64,000 nt of DNA from assembly GCF_009914755.1 (NCBI RefSeq), contig NC_060937.1. The stretch is one strand, 5' to 3'. A model generated the notes under the pieces. It saw nothing but the letters and a program-made list of their open reading frames with translations. It made no database searches and was not told where the DNA came from. Positions 44,572 through 59,420 of the stretch are shown in pieces (within the stretch, counting starts at the first letter, position 1; each line of letters begins with the position of its first letter). The DNA is from the human T2T-CHM13v2.0 reference genome, Homo sapiens. Both the position numbers and the translations under genes were made by a program.

Positions 44572-46731
44572 CTATGGTATAGATGACAGATGTCAGAGCC
44601 ATTTCTGAAAGCAAGTTTTTGCAGAGAAGTAAAAAAGAGCAGCCAGTGGTATTTTGGCTGATGCAAAAAGGAAATATTTTGGATGCCCCAAACAAATTTC
44701 ACCATTTAATGACTGGGCCAAGCCCTAACTCTATTATTGTTAATTTTAGAACTTCTCATTACCCCAGCTGTGTTAGATGTACAAGAGGTTAATTTCAGTT
44801 AGCTCAAAATTAAAGCAGGAATTTGGGACAATGGAAGAAGGCTTGGAACAACAGCGACAATCAGATTGAATCAGGCTTGGCCTCTTATGCTTAAATAGCT
44901 TTATTTTCAGAAGATATTTGATAGAGGTGAAAGAACAAGCTCCATCTGTAGTTTTCTATGATAGACGTGAAGGACTTTTCAATGCAATATAGTTGGATAA
45001 ATATCCTGTCAAGTACCTACTGTGGGCCAGGTACAAACTGCCATTTTATAGGGACTTCTAGAATGGGTGGATGAGTCTGAGGCACTGCATCGCATCATTA
45101 ATCATTGTGAATTGAGTACATGGGGGCTGTGAGATTGTGCAGTACTAGACACCACAGGCCTGTGGGGAGTTTGGATGGAGATTGTCAGAAAACACAGAGG
45201 AGGCTGGACTCTCCCCAAAGTGAACCTCCAGGCCTAGCTCCCAGTTAGACAGAGAGCTCATTCATCTCTGGTGACACTGTTGGGTGTGATTTGCCAGTCA
45301 CTGAGGTGTCCTCTTTTTTTTTTTTTCTTGCAGAGCCATCTGCAGCTGGTGAAAAATAACCCACCACATAAAACACCACAGCTAGTGAACATTTCCCACC
45401 TTTTATCCTCTGGCTTCATAGGGCTGTGACAGATGGTGCCCCAGCAGGGACTATGCAGCTCAACTGCCAAAGGGGAGCGTTAGCCATCGTGATGGTCCTG
45501 ACTTCAGATCTGGGGTTCGGACTCTGTTTGTTCTAACGCTCCTCGCTCAACTTGAGGAACTACGCACAGTTAGAACTTGGCAATAAAAGTTGTTGACTAA
45601 AGGACTGGAGAATCTTTTCTAATATTATGAATCTGAAAGGAGCATGAGGGTTTGTCCTTCTAAGTTAACCTTTGTATTTTAGGTAGAGGTAATCTAATGT
45701 GCAGAAATTTAAGGTCATACTCCTTGTCAGTAAGGAGTTAAGACTAATGGTCCAGATCCCTGGTCAGTCAGTGCTATTTCCATTCTGGGTGCATTTCTTA
45801 CTTTTTTATGTCATCTGTTTTATTGGTTATCTATGTAATATGAGGAGGCAAAAGGTATCTACTTTCTGGAAACGTTCTGTGTAGTGTAAGAAAGTTTAGT
45901 TTTATGTAATACATATGTTAGCTACTATCATTGACCTTTGACTCATTGTATCAAATATTTCCTAGGCTTCTTTAGATATATATGCTGATATATGCTGTTT
46001 ATTTCTGACCAGACTACCTTACCCCAGAGTGAGTGTCAGAGACCACATGGAGTGGTGAAAAAGGCTAGGGTTTTAGGGCCTAGGATACCTAAAATGGAAT
46101 TCCAGTTTCCCATCTGCCAGTTATATGATCTGTACCTGTCTTTCAAAGAGAAAAAGGTTTTAATTTTTATGAAGTTTAACTTATCACTATTTTAGTAGTC
46201 TTTTGTGTCTTGTCTAAGATTTCTTTGCGTAACCCAGGTTGAGGTTTATTATTTCTTTTTTGTTCTTACAGATATCCAATTGTTCCAGTGCAATTTATTG
46301 AATAGACTTTTTCTTCATTGAATTACCTCAGTGCCTTTGTTGAAAATAAATTGGCCATAAATGTGTGAGTTTATTTGTGGATTCTCAACTTATACCAATG
46401 TCACACTGCCATAAGTACTATAGCTTTGTTTTAAGTAATGAAGGCAAATCAAGCTAATACTTCAAGTTTACTCTTGAGTTCATGATTGTTTTTGGCTATC
46501 CTAGGTTAGTTTCTCTTTTCATGTAAAGTATAAAATAACTTGTCAATTTATTCAACAAAGCCTCCTAGTATCTTATTAGAATTACATTGAACCTATATAT
46601 CCAATTTGTGGAGAGTTGCCATCTTACTAATATTAGTCTTCTGAACCATGAGCATAGCATGGCTCTCCATTTTTTTTAGGTCGTTAATTTGTATTTGCAA
46701 TGTTTTGTAGTTTTCATTGCTCAGTTCTTAG

Positions 46732-47104
<373 letters not shown>

Positions 47105-47539
47105 TAAATTTCTTATTTCTAATATGTAAAACTTAAGTTGATTGTTCTGTTTGATCTTGTATGCTGATATATTACTTAAATCACTTATTTGTTCTAGTAG
47201 ATATTTCTGTAGATTTTTAAAGGGTTTTCTATAAACACAATTATGTCCTCTGTAAACAGTATGATTCCATTTTTCCAATCTTTATTCTTTTTATTACTTT
47301 TTCTGGCCTTACTGAGTTGGCTAGTACTTCCAGTACAATATTAAAGTGAAGTGGGGAAGAACAGACATCCATGCTTTTTTCCTGATCTTGGCTAAAAGTT
47401 TTTGAACATGCCACAGCTGTGTATGATATTAGCTGCAGATTTTCATAGCTGTCTTTAAACTATGCCTCCTATTCTTCGTTTTCAGACACTTATTACAACT
47501 CGTGAAATACTATTTCTGCATCTATAGAAACGATCATGA

Positions 47540-47895
47540 AAAATTTCAATCACAAATTCATGGGCATTCTCAAAATAACAGGTCAATGCTCCCTTCTCAA
47601 AAGTGTCATGGTGATGAAAGACCAGGAACTGTACTGGACTGGAAGGAACTAAGAAGGCATGGCAACCAAATGCGTGTGGGACCCTGGGTGGGGTCTCCAA
47701 CCAGAGAAGGGACATTAAGGGGGTAAATGGGTGGAACTCCACTGGGGTTTGCAGAGTAGTGAGTTAAAGTGTGTCAGTGTCAGTGTACTGTGATTATGTG
47801 CAATGTTAACACTAGGAGAAACTGGGTGACGTCGTATCAGAACTCTCTGTACTAGTTTTGCAGTTAAAATTATTTCAAAATAAATTACAATGAAG
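47540..47895 (+). mobile_element. L1MC4/5-like 3' end, passenger in the retrocopy
   Basis: ttctcaaaagtgtcatggtgatgaaagac...catggcaaccaaatgc...aatgttaacactaggagaaactgggtga...gaactctctgtacta...aaattatttcaaaataaa. Confidence 0.7.
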
Positions 47896-48131
47896 AAAAA
47901 GATGACCAGGGTCAAACATCTCATAACCTCTAGTTGAATACGTCCACTGATGAGGAATTCACCACTGATCACACTAAGCATCAGGTTGTACCTCCTGGGC
48001 CCGTCAAACCTCACCAAACCCAGATATTCTAAGATGGAGCTTGAGTTAATTGCTCAGCAGCATCTTCTTCATAGCCTGTCACCCCAGCCCCATTCCCAAG
48101 CCTTTTCTTCTTTGGAGCCCTTTGAGAGAAG

Positions 48132-48535
48132 TATGGTGGTAAACATAATAATGACCTCCTAAAATGCCCATGCCTGATCCCTAGATCCTGTGATAGGCAC
48201 CTCCCACAGCAACAGGAATGTGCAATATGAATGATTAAGGATCCCGAGATGCAGAGACAAGCATTTAATTGCAAAGGTCCTTGTAAGAAGGAGGCAGGGT
48301 TCAGAGTCAGAAAGAGACACTTGGAGGTGCTGTGCTGCCAGCTTTGAAGATGGGGGGAAGGGGGCAGGAGCCAAGGAGTGCAAGTGGCCTCTAGGAGCTG
48401 GAAAAGGCAAGGAAATGATTTTGCCCCTGGAGTCTCCAGAAGCAATTAGACCTGGTGACATCTTCATTTGAGCCTAGTGAGACTCTGACCTCCAGAACCA
48501 TAAAATAATAAATGTGTGTTGATTTAAGCCACTAA
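48132..48535 (+). mobile_element. MLT1C/D-like LTR, truncated at its poly(A) site
   Basis: gctttgaagatgg...ggcctctaggagctggaaaaggcaaggaaa...ctgacctccagaacc...aataaatgtgtgttgatttaagccact. Confidence 0.85.
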
Positions 48536-49018
48536 AAAAAGAGAAAGGATTATATAATTTTTCTCCTTTATGTTTTTATATGGTGAATTACATTGATTTT
48601 CAGATGTTACACCAACTTAGCCATTCCTGTAATAAGTCTCACTTGGTCATGATGCATTTTATCTATTTTTATACTGTTGGATTTGATTTGTAAACTTTTG
48701 TTCAAAATTTTTGCAGTCATGTTCATAATGGATGTTGGTTTATAGTTTTATAATTCTTATAATATTTTCTGATTTAGGGATCTGAGTAATACCGTCCAGA
48801 TAAAGGAATTTTGGAAGTGTTCTTTACTATTTTCTGACAGAGTTTGCATAGAATTGGTTTAAAAATATGTGATAGAATTCAACAGCAGAGCTACTTGATC
48901 CTGGAGTTTTCTTTGTGGGAAGGCTTTAAAATTATAAATTCATTCTTTAATTGATATAAGATATTCAAGGATTTTGTGTTTCCTTTGGTTGAATTAGGTA
49001 CTTTATGACCTTAAGTAA

Positions 49019-49483
<465 letters not shown>

Positions 49484-50011
49484 TAGACAAGTGATTTTTA
49501 ATTTTACTTGTATTTGAGATAACTAGCTTTGGTTTTAATGATAATAGTCTTGTTTTTCTTCTTTTCCATTTCATTGATTTCTTCCTTTATTATTTTCTTC
49601 TTCCCATTTCATTTAGGTTCATTTTTCTCTTTGTCTAGTTTTTAAGATGGGAATTCAAATAATTATCTTTTAATATTTATTTCTAGCATAGACATTTACA
49701 TGTATAAATATCTCTCTAAATACTGCTTTACCTATATTTTGTAAATTTTGATATGTTACATTTTTATTGTTGTTTAGTTTAAATGATGTTATAATTTCTC
49801 TTGGGTGTCTTCTTTAACCCACATATCATTTGAAAGTATGTTCACGAATTACCAAATATTTGTATTTCTCCTAGTTATATTATTGCTATTGATTTCCAAT
49901 TTAGTCTCATTGAGGTTCAGAAACAAATTTTGTGTGATTTCAATATTGTTAAATGTATTGAGACTTTTTTTATGGCACATCATATGATATATCCTGGGAA
50001 AAGCACCTTAG

Positions 50012-50394
<383 letters not shown>

Positions 50395-50408
50395 CCTCCC
50401 TTCTTTTA

Positions 50409-50409
<1 letters not shown>

Positions 50410-50448
<39 letters not shown>

Positions 50449-50480
50449 ATCTATCTATCTCTAATCTATCATCTATCATC
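50410..50480. repeat. Compound (TCTA)n microsatellite
   Basis: Seen directly. Confidence 0.95.
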
Positions 50481-50749
50481 AGTTGTCTATTAAGTTAATG
50501 TGGTAGATAATGTTCAGATCATTTATATTATTGCTATATTTTTGTCTAGTTTTATCAAGTGAGAGGAGGGTCTTTAAATAGCTAACGATGATTGTGAGGT
50601 TGTCTATTTCTCCCTTAAATACTGTAATATTTTTGTTTTATGTATTTGAAAGCTCTTTTAATTAGTACTTACATATTTATGATTATCCTGTCTTTTATGA
50701 TAAATTGACCCTTTTATTATTATGAGTTATATGTTTACTCAGAATACTT

Positions 50750-51060
50750 TTAAAATAATAGATGTATTGATATATAATTCACATATCATAAATTTTTCTC
50801 TTTTGAAGTGCAGAGCTCAGAGAGTTTTGGTATATTCACAGAGTTTTACATCCATCAATAGTATCTAATTTCAAAACACTTTGTCACTCTCAAAATAAAT
50901 TCTGTACCTATTAGCAGTGATTCTCCATTGTTCCCTTTGTCAAGCACTTGGAAACCACTCATTTACTCTCTGTCTCTTTAGATTTGCCTTTTGTGGACAC
51001 TTCATATAAATGTAATCATATATTATATGGCCTTCTGTGTCAGGTTTTTTTTTTCCTCTG
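50750..51060 (-). mobile_element. L1MB-like 3' end
   Basis: tattgatatataattcacatatcataaa...tatattcacagag...gatttgccttttgtggacacttcatataaatg. Confidence 0.8.
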
Positions 51061-51598
51061 AGAATAATTTTTGTCTTTGAATATATTTTATCTGGTAAAA
51101 ACAGTCACTCCACTCTTTCTATGTTTACTGTTTGTATGTCTTTTTCTCTTTATTTACTTTCGGTCTGTTCATTATGTTAAAAATGCATTTCTTACAGATA
51201 TCATATAATTGTTTTTATCTTTTAAATTTTATTATGACAATTTTTGCCTTTGAATTAGTGTGTGTTTAGGTCATTATACTTTAATGTAAGTATCAGTATG
51301 TTTGAATTTTATTTCCACCGTTTGTTACTATTTCTTTTTGTCTCTGTTTCTGGTCCTCACTTCCTCCTTTCCTGACAGATTTTTAAAAATTTGATTTTGT
51401 TTTACAATTCTTAAAAATTGTCTATAAAATTTTGGCTATATTTTTCTGCAATATTAAAAAATGCTTGTGTTTGGGGTTGCATTTTTTAACCTTTTATATT
51501 TTACTTACAATTAATATTGTATTACTTTCTGTAAAATATTTTAAAATTTCAATGCTATAGTTGTATATTCTCTTTCCCCAAATTTTAGTGTACTTTTA

Positions 51599-52165
51599 TG
51601 TGATAAGCGGAACTATATGCCCCCAAAGATCCACATGCCCTAATTTCCAGAGCTTGTAAATGTGTTACCTTCTATGGCAAAACATATTTTGCAGATATAT
51701 TTGAGATGGGGAGATTATCCTTGATTATATGGGTGGACCAAATCTAATCATAATGTCTTTAAAGAAGGAGAGTTTTTGTTAGCTAGGTCACAGAGAAGAA
51801 ATGGAAGAAAGAAAAAGGATTGAAAAAGGGATTTGACCTGCTATTTGTTTGAAGATAAAGAAAGAGGTTCATGAGACAAGGAATAAGAGTGTCCCATAGA
51901 AATTAGGAATTCCTTTAGTTGACAGCCAGAAGGAAATAGAGATATTAGTCCTACACATACAAGGGACTTCTGCCAATAACCCAATGAGCAAAGAAGCAAA
52001 ATCTTCCCTAGAGCTTTAAGTGAAAAACACATCTGCCTCCTTGATTTTAGCCTGGTGAGATTCAAATCAGATATTCTGACCTAGAGAACTGTAATATAAT
52101 AAATTTGTGCATTTAATCCATTAAGTTTTGGTGATTTATTATGGCAGCAAAAGAAAATTAATGCA
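51599..52165 (+). mobile_element. MLT1D/E-like solo LTR, complete
   Basis: tgtgata start, gatggggagattatccttgattat, aataaatttgtg...ttatggcagcaaaagaaaattaatgca end. Confidence 0.85.
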
Positions 52166-53717
52166 TATCATAATATTAATTTCATCTAAATACATTTATA
52201 AAGTCCATAAGATAATATAATTTTAGTTCTAAGTGGTTGTATGGTTTAAGAGGAATAAATCAAAAAGAAAAAAAGTCTTCGACATTTACCCAGATATATA
52301 ACATTTTTGATGTTCTTTCTTCTGCTCTGAGAGCCTAAGTTTTCATGTTACATCATATGCCTTTAGCCTGAAGAACTTCCTTTAGCATCTATTTTAGTGC
52401 AGTAATGTTGACAGCACATGCTCTTAATTTGTTTTATCCAAAATGTCTTTATTTTCTGGGATTCTTGACAAATATTTTTACTAGTTAGAAAATTCTGGTT
52501 GGCAAGATTTTGTTTGTTTCAGCTCTTTAAAGATGTGTTACAATCTCTTAATGGCCTCCATGGTTTTCATGAGAAGTCCCTAAGGTAATTTCTATTGATG
52601 TACATTTCAGTTCATGTACTATTTCCTTTGTAATATTTATTTCCCTGTTAAGTCCATCCAGTGATTTTCAAATTTCAATATTGTATTTTTTCAGTTCTCA
52701 CCTTTCCATTTGGTTCTTCTTTATATGTTCTATTTCTTTGCTGGATTTTAAAAAATGTATCATACACTTATTTTACTTTGTTTTATTTAGAAAAGTTCTA
52801 ACAGTTAATTAGATTAACTGCTATAGCACTGAAATGTGATGTGATAGTATTGTTATCATTAAAATGTAATCATTAACTCATCATTTGGTAGTTCTAGCAT
52901 TGTGTTCATTTAGGGATTGAGCAAGGTTGATTTTCTTTCGTCTTGAGAATATTTTCCATTTTCTTGGTTCTTTAGACATCAGGTAATTTTGGATTATATC
53001 CTAGACATTATGAGTATAAAGTTGTGAATATTCAGGATTCTATTATTTTTTTCCAACTAGTATTGTTGTTTCTCTTCTTCCTCTTCCTCCTCCCCTTCTG
53101 AGCAGGCATTTAAAAAAAATCTGGACACAAAGAGAAAACCCAGATTTTCGGGTGGTAGCTTTGCTTTCAGCTCAGAGTTACGTGAGTTGAAATTCTGCTT
53201 TAGCTGAAATTCTGCTTTGCTTTGTTCTAAATATTTACAGCCCAGTCCTCAGTCAGAGATGTGGGTAGACACAAATGGGGAATCCCCCTTCTCTCTTTTC
53301 TTTCTGAGATTTCATTGCTGTTTTCAACAACCATGTTTCACTTTGCTTCAGTTGTCTGGTTACCTAGGCAACAGAGACTATATTTTTTCAATCAGCATCT
53401 CACTGTACCAACTCTACTTTCCTAAGCTAAAAGCCATAAAGATGGGAACTTATTTGTAAATCACCCAGCTTTCTTCCTCTGAGTATGTACTCATGCCAGA
53501 ATCTGTCTGCTTTTTTTAACTTCTAGTACCTTTATGGAATTGCTTTTTGTATTGCTTCCAGATTTTATAGTTATTTTCTGCAGGAGAAAAATCTGATAAG
53601 TTCTTAGACTATCATTTCTGCAAGCTGACTGGCTGACTGGTCATAGGTTTTTGACTGATTCATTTACAGTTCATATTAGAGATTTTCAATATCAGCAAAG
53701 ATTAATATAATTCAGAG

Positions 53718-54500
53718 CTCACTCATTCATTAAATATTTTTATGCTCCCATTATGCTTCAGCTATGCTGCTTGAATTTCTGTGTACAGTTGTGAACAATT
53801 TGACCCTGGTATCTTCTCTGATGAAAATCAGAAGCTAGTGGAGAAGACAGATATTAAAAGCAATTAAAGTAAAGTATGGTGAGTATTATCATAAGACAAA
53901 GTAAATAATAAGTTTCTGTAAACTAACTCTACAGAAAATTATAAAGTCCTTCCTGAAAAAAATAAGATTTAAGCTGAAACCTGAAGAAATCATAGCTTGG
54001 CATCAGATAAATGGAATTCAATTTACATATTTGGAAAGTAAATTTGGGCATTGCTAGGAGAATTAGTTCAAGTAAATGATAAGGTAGAGGGCAGGAGTAG
54101 AAAAAGAAAAATAGGACATAAGACAAAAATACAGGAGAAGATAATGTCCTGGAAGAGAATGATGATAGTGGGAATGGGGAGATAATTGAGATTTATATGG
54201 AATATTTAGAAGGTAGAATTAAGTAAGATCTCGTGTTTACTTCAATAAAGTCAGACAGAGAAGCATTAGGAAAGCCTAGATTTTTGGTCTGAGTCCCTGA
54301 AAGGGGGGTGGTATCTTTTATGGAGATGGGGCACCTTAGAGGGGGAATAAATTAAGAAATAAGATTACTAATTCAATTTCAGGCTTTTAAATTTTAGGTA
54401 CTTGTGTTGTATCCAAATTGAAATATTCAACATGCAATTAGGTATGCATAAGAGAGTTCTTAGCTGAAAACATCATCTTTGTGAATTTATAATGAGGAGA
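53718..54500 (-). mobile_element. L2 fragment
   Basis: ctcactcattcattaaatattt...tttaagctgaaacctgaag...atccaaattgaaatattcaa. Confidence 0.7.
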
Positions 54501-55108
54501 GAATTTCCACTCCACAGAAGAAAAATATTAAAGGAACACTTTCAGCTCTTCCTCCTCACTGACTCCTCTTTTGAGGGAAGTTATTGACTTATCTTACTGA
54601 TAAATCTTGTAGAAGGAGCTTAGCATGCATGGCTTTGTGCTTTCTGGGTCTGCTCTTGGCAGAGCTCACATGTCTTCAGGACACAGGAGTAGATTTCCAT
54701 CTGGGCTAGATGCCAGCGGCTAGACCTTATTTTACTCTACCTGTAAGTAGAGGAAAATCATGCCCAATATTGGAGACATTCAAGGAACCCAACCTAGCTG
54801 CAGAACTAAAGTTATGGTCTTTGAACAGTTTTGTCAACAAATCAGGCACTTTGATAAGGATTTGCCCTTTTCGTTTCTCTTATTTCTTAGCTGGTTCTAA
54901 ACTCTACAGTGGAAGATACAGTGGCATTTACTGCCTCTCTCTAATCCCAAAAATTATAACAATATTAAGTGTATGCATATGTATGTATTATATATATGTA
55001 AATAATAAAAATATATATGTTCAAGCCCTCATTCAAAGAGTGGTGCATAATAGAGCCTAGAGTTAGGCATAAATGTTAAGCATATATATATATATATACA
55101 TATATGTA

Positions 55109-55347
55109 TTTGAGACAGGGTCTTGCTCTATTGTCCAGGCCAGAGTGCAATGGTGCTATCACAGCTCACTGCAACCTGGACCTCCTGGGCTCAAGTGTTC
55201 CTCCCACCTTAGGCTCCTGGGTAGCTGGAACTATTGGTTTATGCCACCATACCTGCCTAATTAAGTTTTTTTTTTGTAGGGACTAGATCTCACTATATTG
55301 CCCAGGCTGGTCTTGAACTCCTGGGCTCAAGCAATCCTCCCACCTCA
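55109..55347 (-). mobile_element. 5'-truncated AluJ with (TA)n-converted tail
   Basis: tgagacagggtcttgctc...ctcctgggctcaagcaatcctcccacctca, flanked by catatata on both sides. Confidence 0.9.
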
Positions 55348-56242
55348 TATATAGATTTTTTAATTTTAAAGAATATACTTATTGTCTGTATGATTTGAAA
55401 GATAGACATTAGCACTTTCAAACTTTGTTCCACCTCCTCTTTCCTTTTTATTTTATTTATTTTATTTTTTAATTTTTAAAATTTAAAAATCATATTTTTT
55501 TATCAATACATATTATTCTTATATACTTACAGGTGAATTAACTAAAACTGGGGCTGGGGGATATTTTCCCATGTTCACACTGATAGTGAATTACTATCAG
55601 TGGACTTGAATTAGTTGACTGTTGCTTTTTTAAAGATTTTTTTTCTGTACTTCACACCATAATGACTCTAAAAAATGTGAATAGTGAAACTTTGCCCTTT
55701 GCAAATGTTTTTTGGTCAAAGTGATTGGCTATCCCCTAGCAGAGAAGTCAGTTTGTATGTTCTGTCACTGAATGAGCAGACTAGAGAAATTGAAGAAAAT
55801 ACTTTCAGCTGTTTGTGGAATCACAGAAAACTTTAAGGGTGTGGCTGTGAAGCATACATGATAGACTGTCTCAGTGTAACGTTTGCCTGGTCCATCTAAC
55901 AGTTCCTATTACCTCCACCTTAGGCCACTGCCTGCATTTGAATGTCTCAGGAGGGTAATCTGAATTTGAGGAGAAGGCCATGGAGATGTGGAAAATTTCC
56001 ACTAGGATTAAGTGTAAGAGTACCTTGTTAGAGTATGTTATGACTTTTATGCAATTTACTAGACTATCTTTATTGAATGGAAATTGTGTTAAAATGGAAA
56101 AGAATATACAATTTATAATAAAATAGTTCAGCCACTACATATGTGATGGTGGTCAAGATATTTGAATGTCCTGAGCTTTAGTTTTCTCCTCCATAAAATG
56201 TGGGCAATGCTTTCCATACTGTTACATAAAAGTTGTTGATAG

Positions 56243-57029
56243 CTAAACATCACTGATCATTAGAGAAATGCAAATCAAAACCACACAATGAGATACCATC
56301 TCACACCAGTCAGAATGGCTATTATTAAAAAGTCAAAAAATAACAGATGCTGGTGAGGCTGTGGAGAAAAAGGAACATTTTTACACTGTTGGTGGCAGTG
56401 TAAATTAGTCCAACCATTGTGGAAGACAGTGTGGCGATTCCTCAAAGACCTAGGACAGAAATACCATTTGATCCAGCAATCCCATTACTGGGTATATACC
56501 CAAAGGAATATAAATTTTTCTATTATAAAGACACATGCACACATATGTTCACTGCAGCACTATTTACAACAGCAAAGACATAGAATAAACCTAAATGCCC
56601 ATCAGTGATAGACTGGATAAAGATAATGTGGTACATATACAACATGGAATACTAAGCAGCCATAAAAAAGAATGAGATCATGTCCTTTGCAGGGACATGG
56701 ACAGAACTGGAGGCCATCACCCTCGGTAAACTAATACAGGAACAGAAAACCAAATATCACATGTTCTGGCTTAGAAGTGGGAGCAAAATGATGAGAACAC
56801 ATGGACACATGGTGTGGAGAAAACACACACTGGGGTCATTGGAGGGTGAGGGATGGGAGAAGGGAGAGAATCAGGAAGAAAATAGCTAGTGGATGCTGGG
56901 CTTAATACATGAGTGATGGTATGATCTGTGCAGCAAACCACCAATGCACACATTTACCTATGTAACAAACCTGCCCATCATGCACATGTACCCCCGAACT
57001 TAAAATAAATGTTGCAAATAAAAAAAAAA
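56243..57029 (+). mobile_element. 5'-truncated old L1PA 3' end
   Basis: agagaaatgcaaatcaaaacc...MSFAGTWTELEAITLGKLIQEQKTKYHMF...taaaataaa + A tail. Approximate TSD aaaagtt(g)ttgata. Confidence 0.93.
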
Positions 57030-57279
57030 GTTTTGATATAGTTTACATGTTGGTATGCAGGTGTCAAAGTTTCTATTCTGTTGTGGACATTCAAACTCAG
57101 TTTTTATACTAGCCTGCTTGACAGTCATACCTGCTGAATTTCTCACTGAGTATCCCTTTAGGGTAAATACACCATGATACACACTCAGGAGAGAATTACA
57201 AACTCAAAAGACAGAGTGTTTGGTTACATGAAATAGTGATTTGTGGAAGCCATCAAGAATTGACATTGTAGGAAAGCTG

Positions 57280-57549
57280 CATGTTGCTGGGGTTTAGAGC
57301 AGGGTGTCTGAATCCAGTTTTGATGCTGCCTTTATGATTTACTGTTTCTGTGACCTTGCACACATTATTTATTCTCTCTGTGCTGTAGATTCCTTATCTG
57401 TAAAATAAGGACAATACTATTACCTCCCCTGTTAACTTGTAAGGAATGAAAGAATTCATATGTGTAAAGCGGTTATATTAGTGCCTGGTACCTTTTAATA
57501 CTATGTAATTGTTAGAGATGATGATAATGATGATGATGATGATGATGAT
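57280..57549 (+). mobile_element. MIR ending in a (GAT)n microsatellite
   Basis: ctgtgaccttg...ttccttatctgtaaaataagg...gtgcctggtac. (GAT)n at about 57516-57549. Confidence 0.8.
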
Positions 57550-59279
57550 ATTTCTATTAGCTGGTATAGATTTTTTCTTTTGTATCTATTTCAAATGTTA
57601 AGCTAGTTTTTTTTTTCAATAAACTAGACCATGTGAGAAGGAAATACGTAAGAGAAACTTGAGTGACTTTTTTATAGAATCCTTAAGTGTATTGGCAGGA
57701 GGGATTTGAGAATGAATAAAGGAAATGAAATGCACTGGTACCATGGACAAGTCTGTCCTGACTGGTGGGAAAGAATAGCCGCAAACAACATGATCAGAAA
57801 TAAAATTGATAGCAGAACTTGGATATTTGAGATGGCTTTAATATTAGTCAAGAAACTCTACAGGGAAGAGAGATAGAGTCTTTGTTTGCTGTAGCTCTCA
57901 CTACCCCAAAGAGAAGAGCTGGGAAATAAGGTAAAAAGGCTTAAAGGCTTTCCTCCATTCCTAAGGAGTTCAGTTTCTTACTCAGCCTTAGAGTCTTGGG
58001 TCTAGTGCAATGCCTGGCCTTGAGACCCAAGGGAAAACCAGTCAGCTGTGCCTGTGGATACAGGCAGCCCAGAGCCAGAGGTGACTCCTGCACAGCTATA
58101 AGGACCCTCACGGATTAGATGCTTGCAAGAGCTTTACAGAGCCACAAATCCTCTCCGTGACTTGGAGGCAAGTCAGAAACCTACATAGGTATTAATGAAC
58201 CAAGACAAACTTCACACTGGCAGGCTAAGTCAGAGGCCAGGGCAGAGAAGCTAGTAGCAGAATTCTGGGAGAGAATAAACATGTTATGGCAATTATTGGT
58301 GAATATAAATTGAAGTGGATAATGTTAGACATTACCTAACCTAATTCAAGCACAATCCATGTTAGCTCAAATTGTGAAGACTTTCATTGATTCAGGTCTT
58401 AGTCAAAAGATAAGGTATTATATCACTGTAAATTAGCTTCAAATCTTATTTTCTTTTAGATTTGAAAGCAAATGTGAAAAATCTATATATGGGTATTCAT
58501 ATTATTTGGTAGAGGTTTTCTTTTCCGTTTTTTTCTTTTGTTGTTGTTGTTGGATGAACACTAAGCTAAATTAAACAGCTGGAGAAAAATATTTTTTAAA
58601 AATCCGCAAGTTAGGTTTCTATGGAGAAAGAACTTGGCTACTTAATAAGTCCATCTCTGGTTAGCTCATTTCCATTTGGAGAGCATTATTCAAGATATCT
58701 TTAGGATAAGATGAGAATAGAAGGGATAAGAAAAGCAGTACTCATTGGGGGAGAATAATAGTCTTTATTCTGTCTATTACTTTATCTTTGTTACTCTGGA
58801 GTTTCATGAGAACACCAAGGATGAAGAGTTGTAAAAACGTTCTCTGTCAGTGTTGTGGGCAGCATGGGTGGGGCCACTTACTTTACAGTCCTACATGTAG
58901 GTCACTTGGTATGCCTGGTGCTTCAGGTGGGTCCTGCTATCTGTGTGAGGTGGAGTAAAGAGAGGCATATTCAAAAGTGGTGGTGCTAGTAGACAGGGTC
59001 TATGGCTGGCCCTTGACTTCACTCACCCTTCCCTTGGAGGGGATTGCCAGGCTGTTTTACATAAGGTGTTGGGCAGAAAAGTTCACACCCTCATTCGAAG
59101 AGTGGTGCATAATTGAGCCTAGAGTGAGCAAGAACACATGCACACAAATCACTTTATAACAGGAGTCCCACTGTCCACACCACTCAAACATAAATAGAGA
59201 TTTAGTAACTATAAAATGTAGTGTCACACGCCACAGAAGACATCTTTATATTTGTTGTGTTAAGGGCCATATTATTTTA

Positions 59280-59420
59280 ATCATCGGATCTCCCAGGTTC
59301 CTCATCTATAAAATGCATATGATGCTAATAATGACTGACAGTTTCTGTGAGGATTATATGACATAATACATGTTAAAGTGTTAGCCTTGTGCATGGCAAT
59401 TATAAATTTAAGTAATATTA
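59280..59420 (+). mobile_element. MIR fragment
   Basis: ttcctcatctataaaatg...tgtgaggattatatgacataa. Confidence 0.7.

Larger units (their letters stand above)
47538..48541 (+). pseudogene. Processed retrocopy of a non-coding transcript (L1MC-like 3' end + unique spacer + MLT1 LTR ending in an A-tail)
   Basis: TSD agaaacgatcat (47526-47537) and agaaaggattat (48542-48553). AATAAA at 48507-48512, A7 at 48534-48540 replacing the LTR U5 end. Confidence 0.65.

Noticed and set aside
45465-45480. Possible CTCF site ccaaaggggagcg
   Set aside because: Four mismatches to the core consensus, too weak to call.
53187-53222. Short tandem duplication tgaaattctgcttt x2 (similar micro-duplications at about 32655, 59708 and 61390)
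   Set aside because: Ordinary slippage duplications inside decayed repeats.
56417-56889. L1 ORF2-like peptides (also at 11.8k, 17.5-18.0k and 26.7k)
   Set aside because: Frame-shifted, 5'-truncated L1 relics with no intact ORF2.
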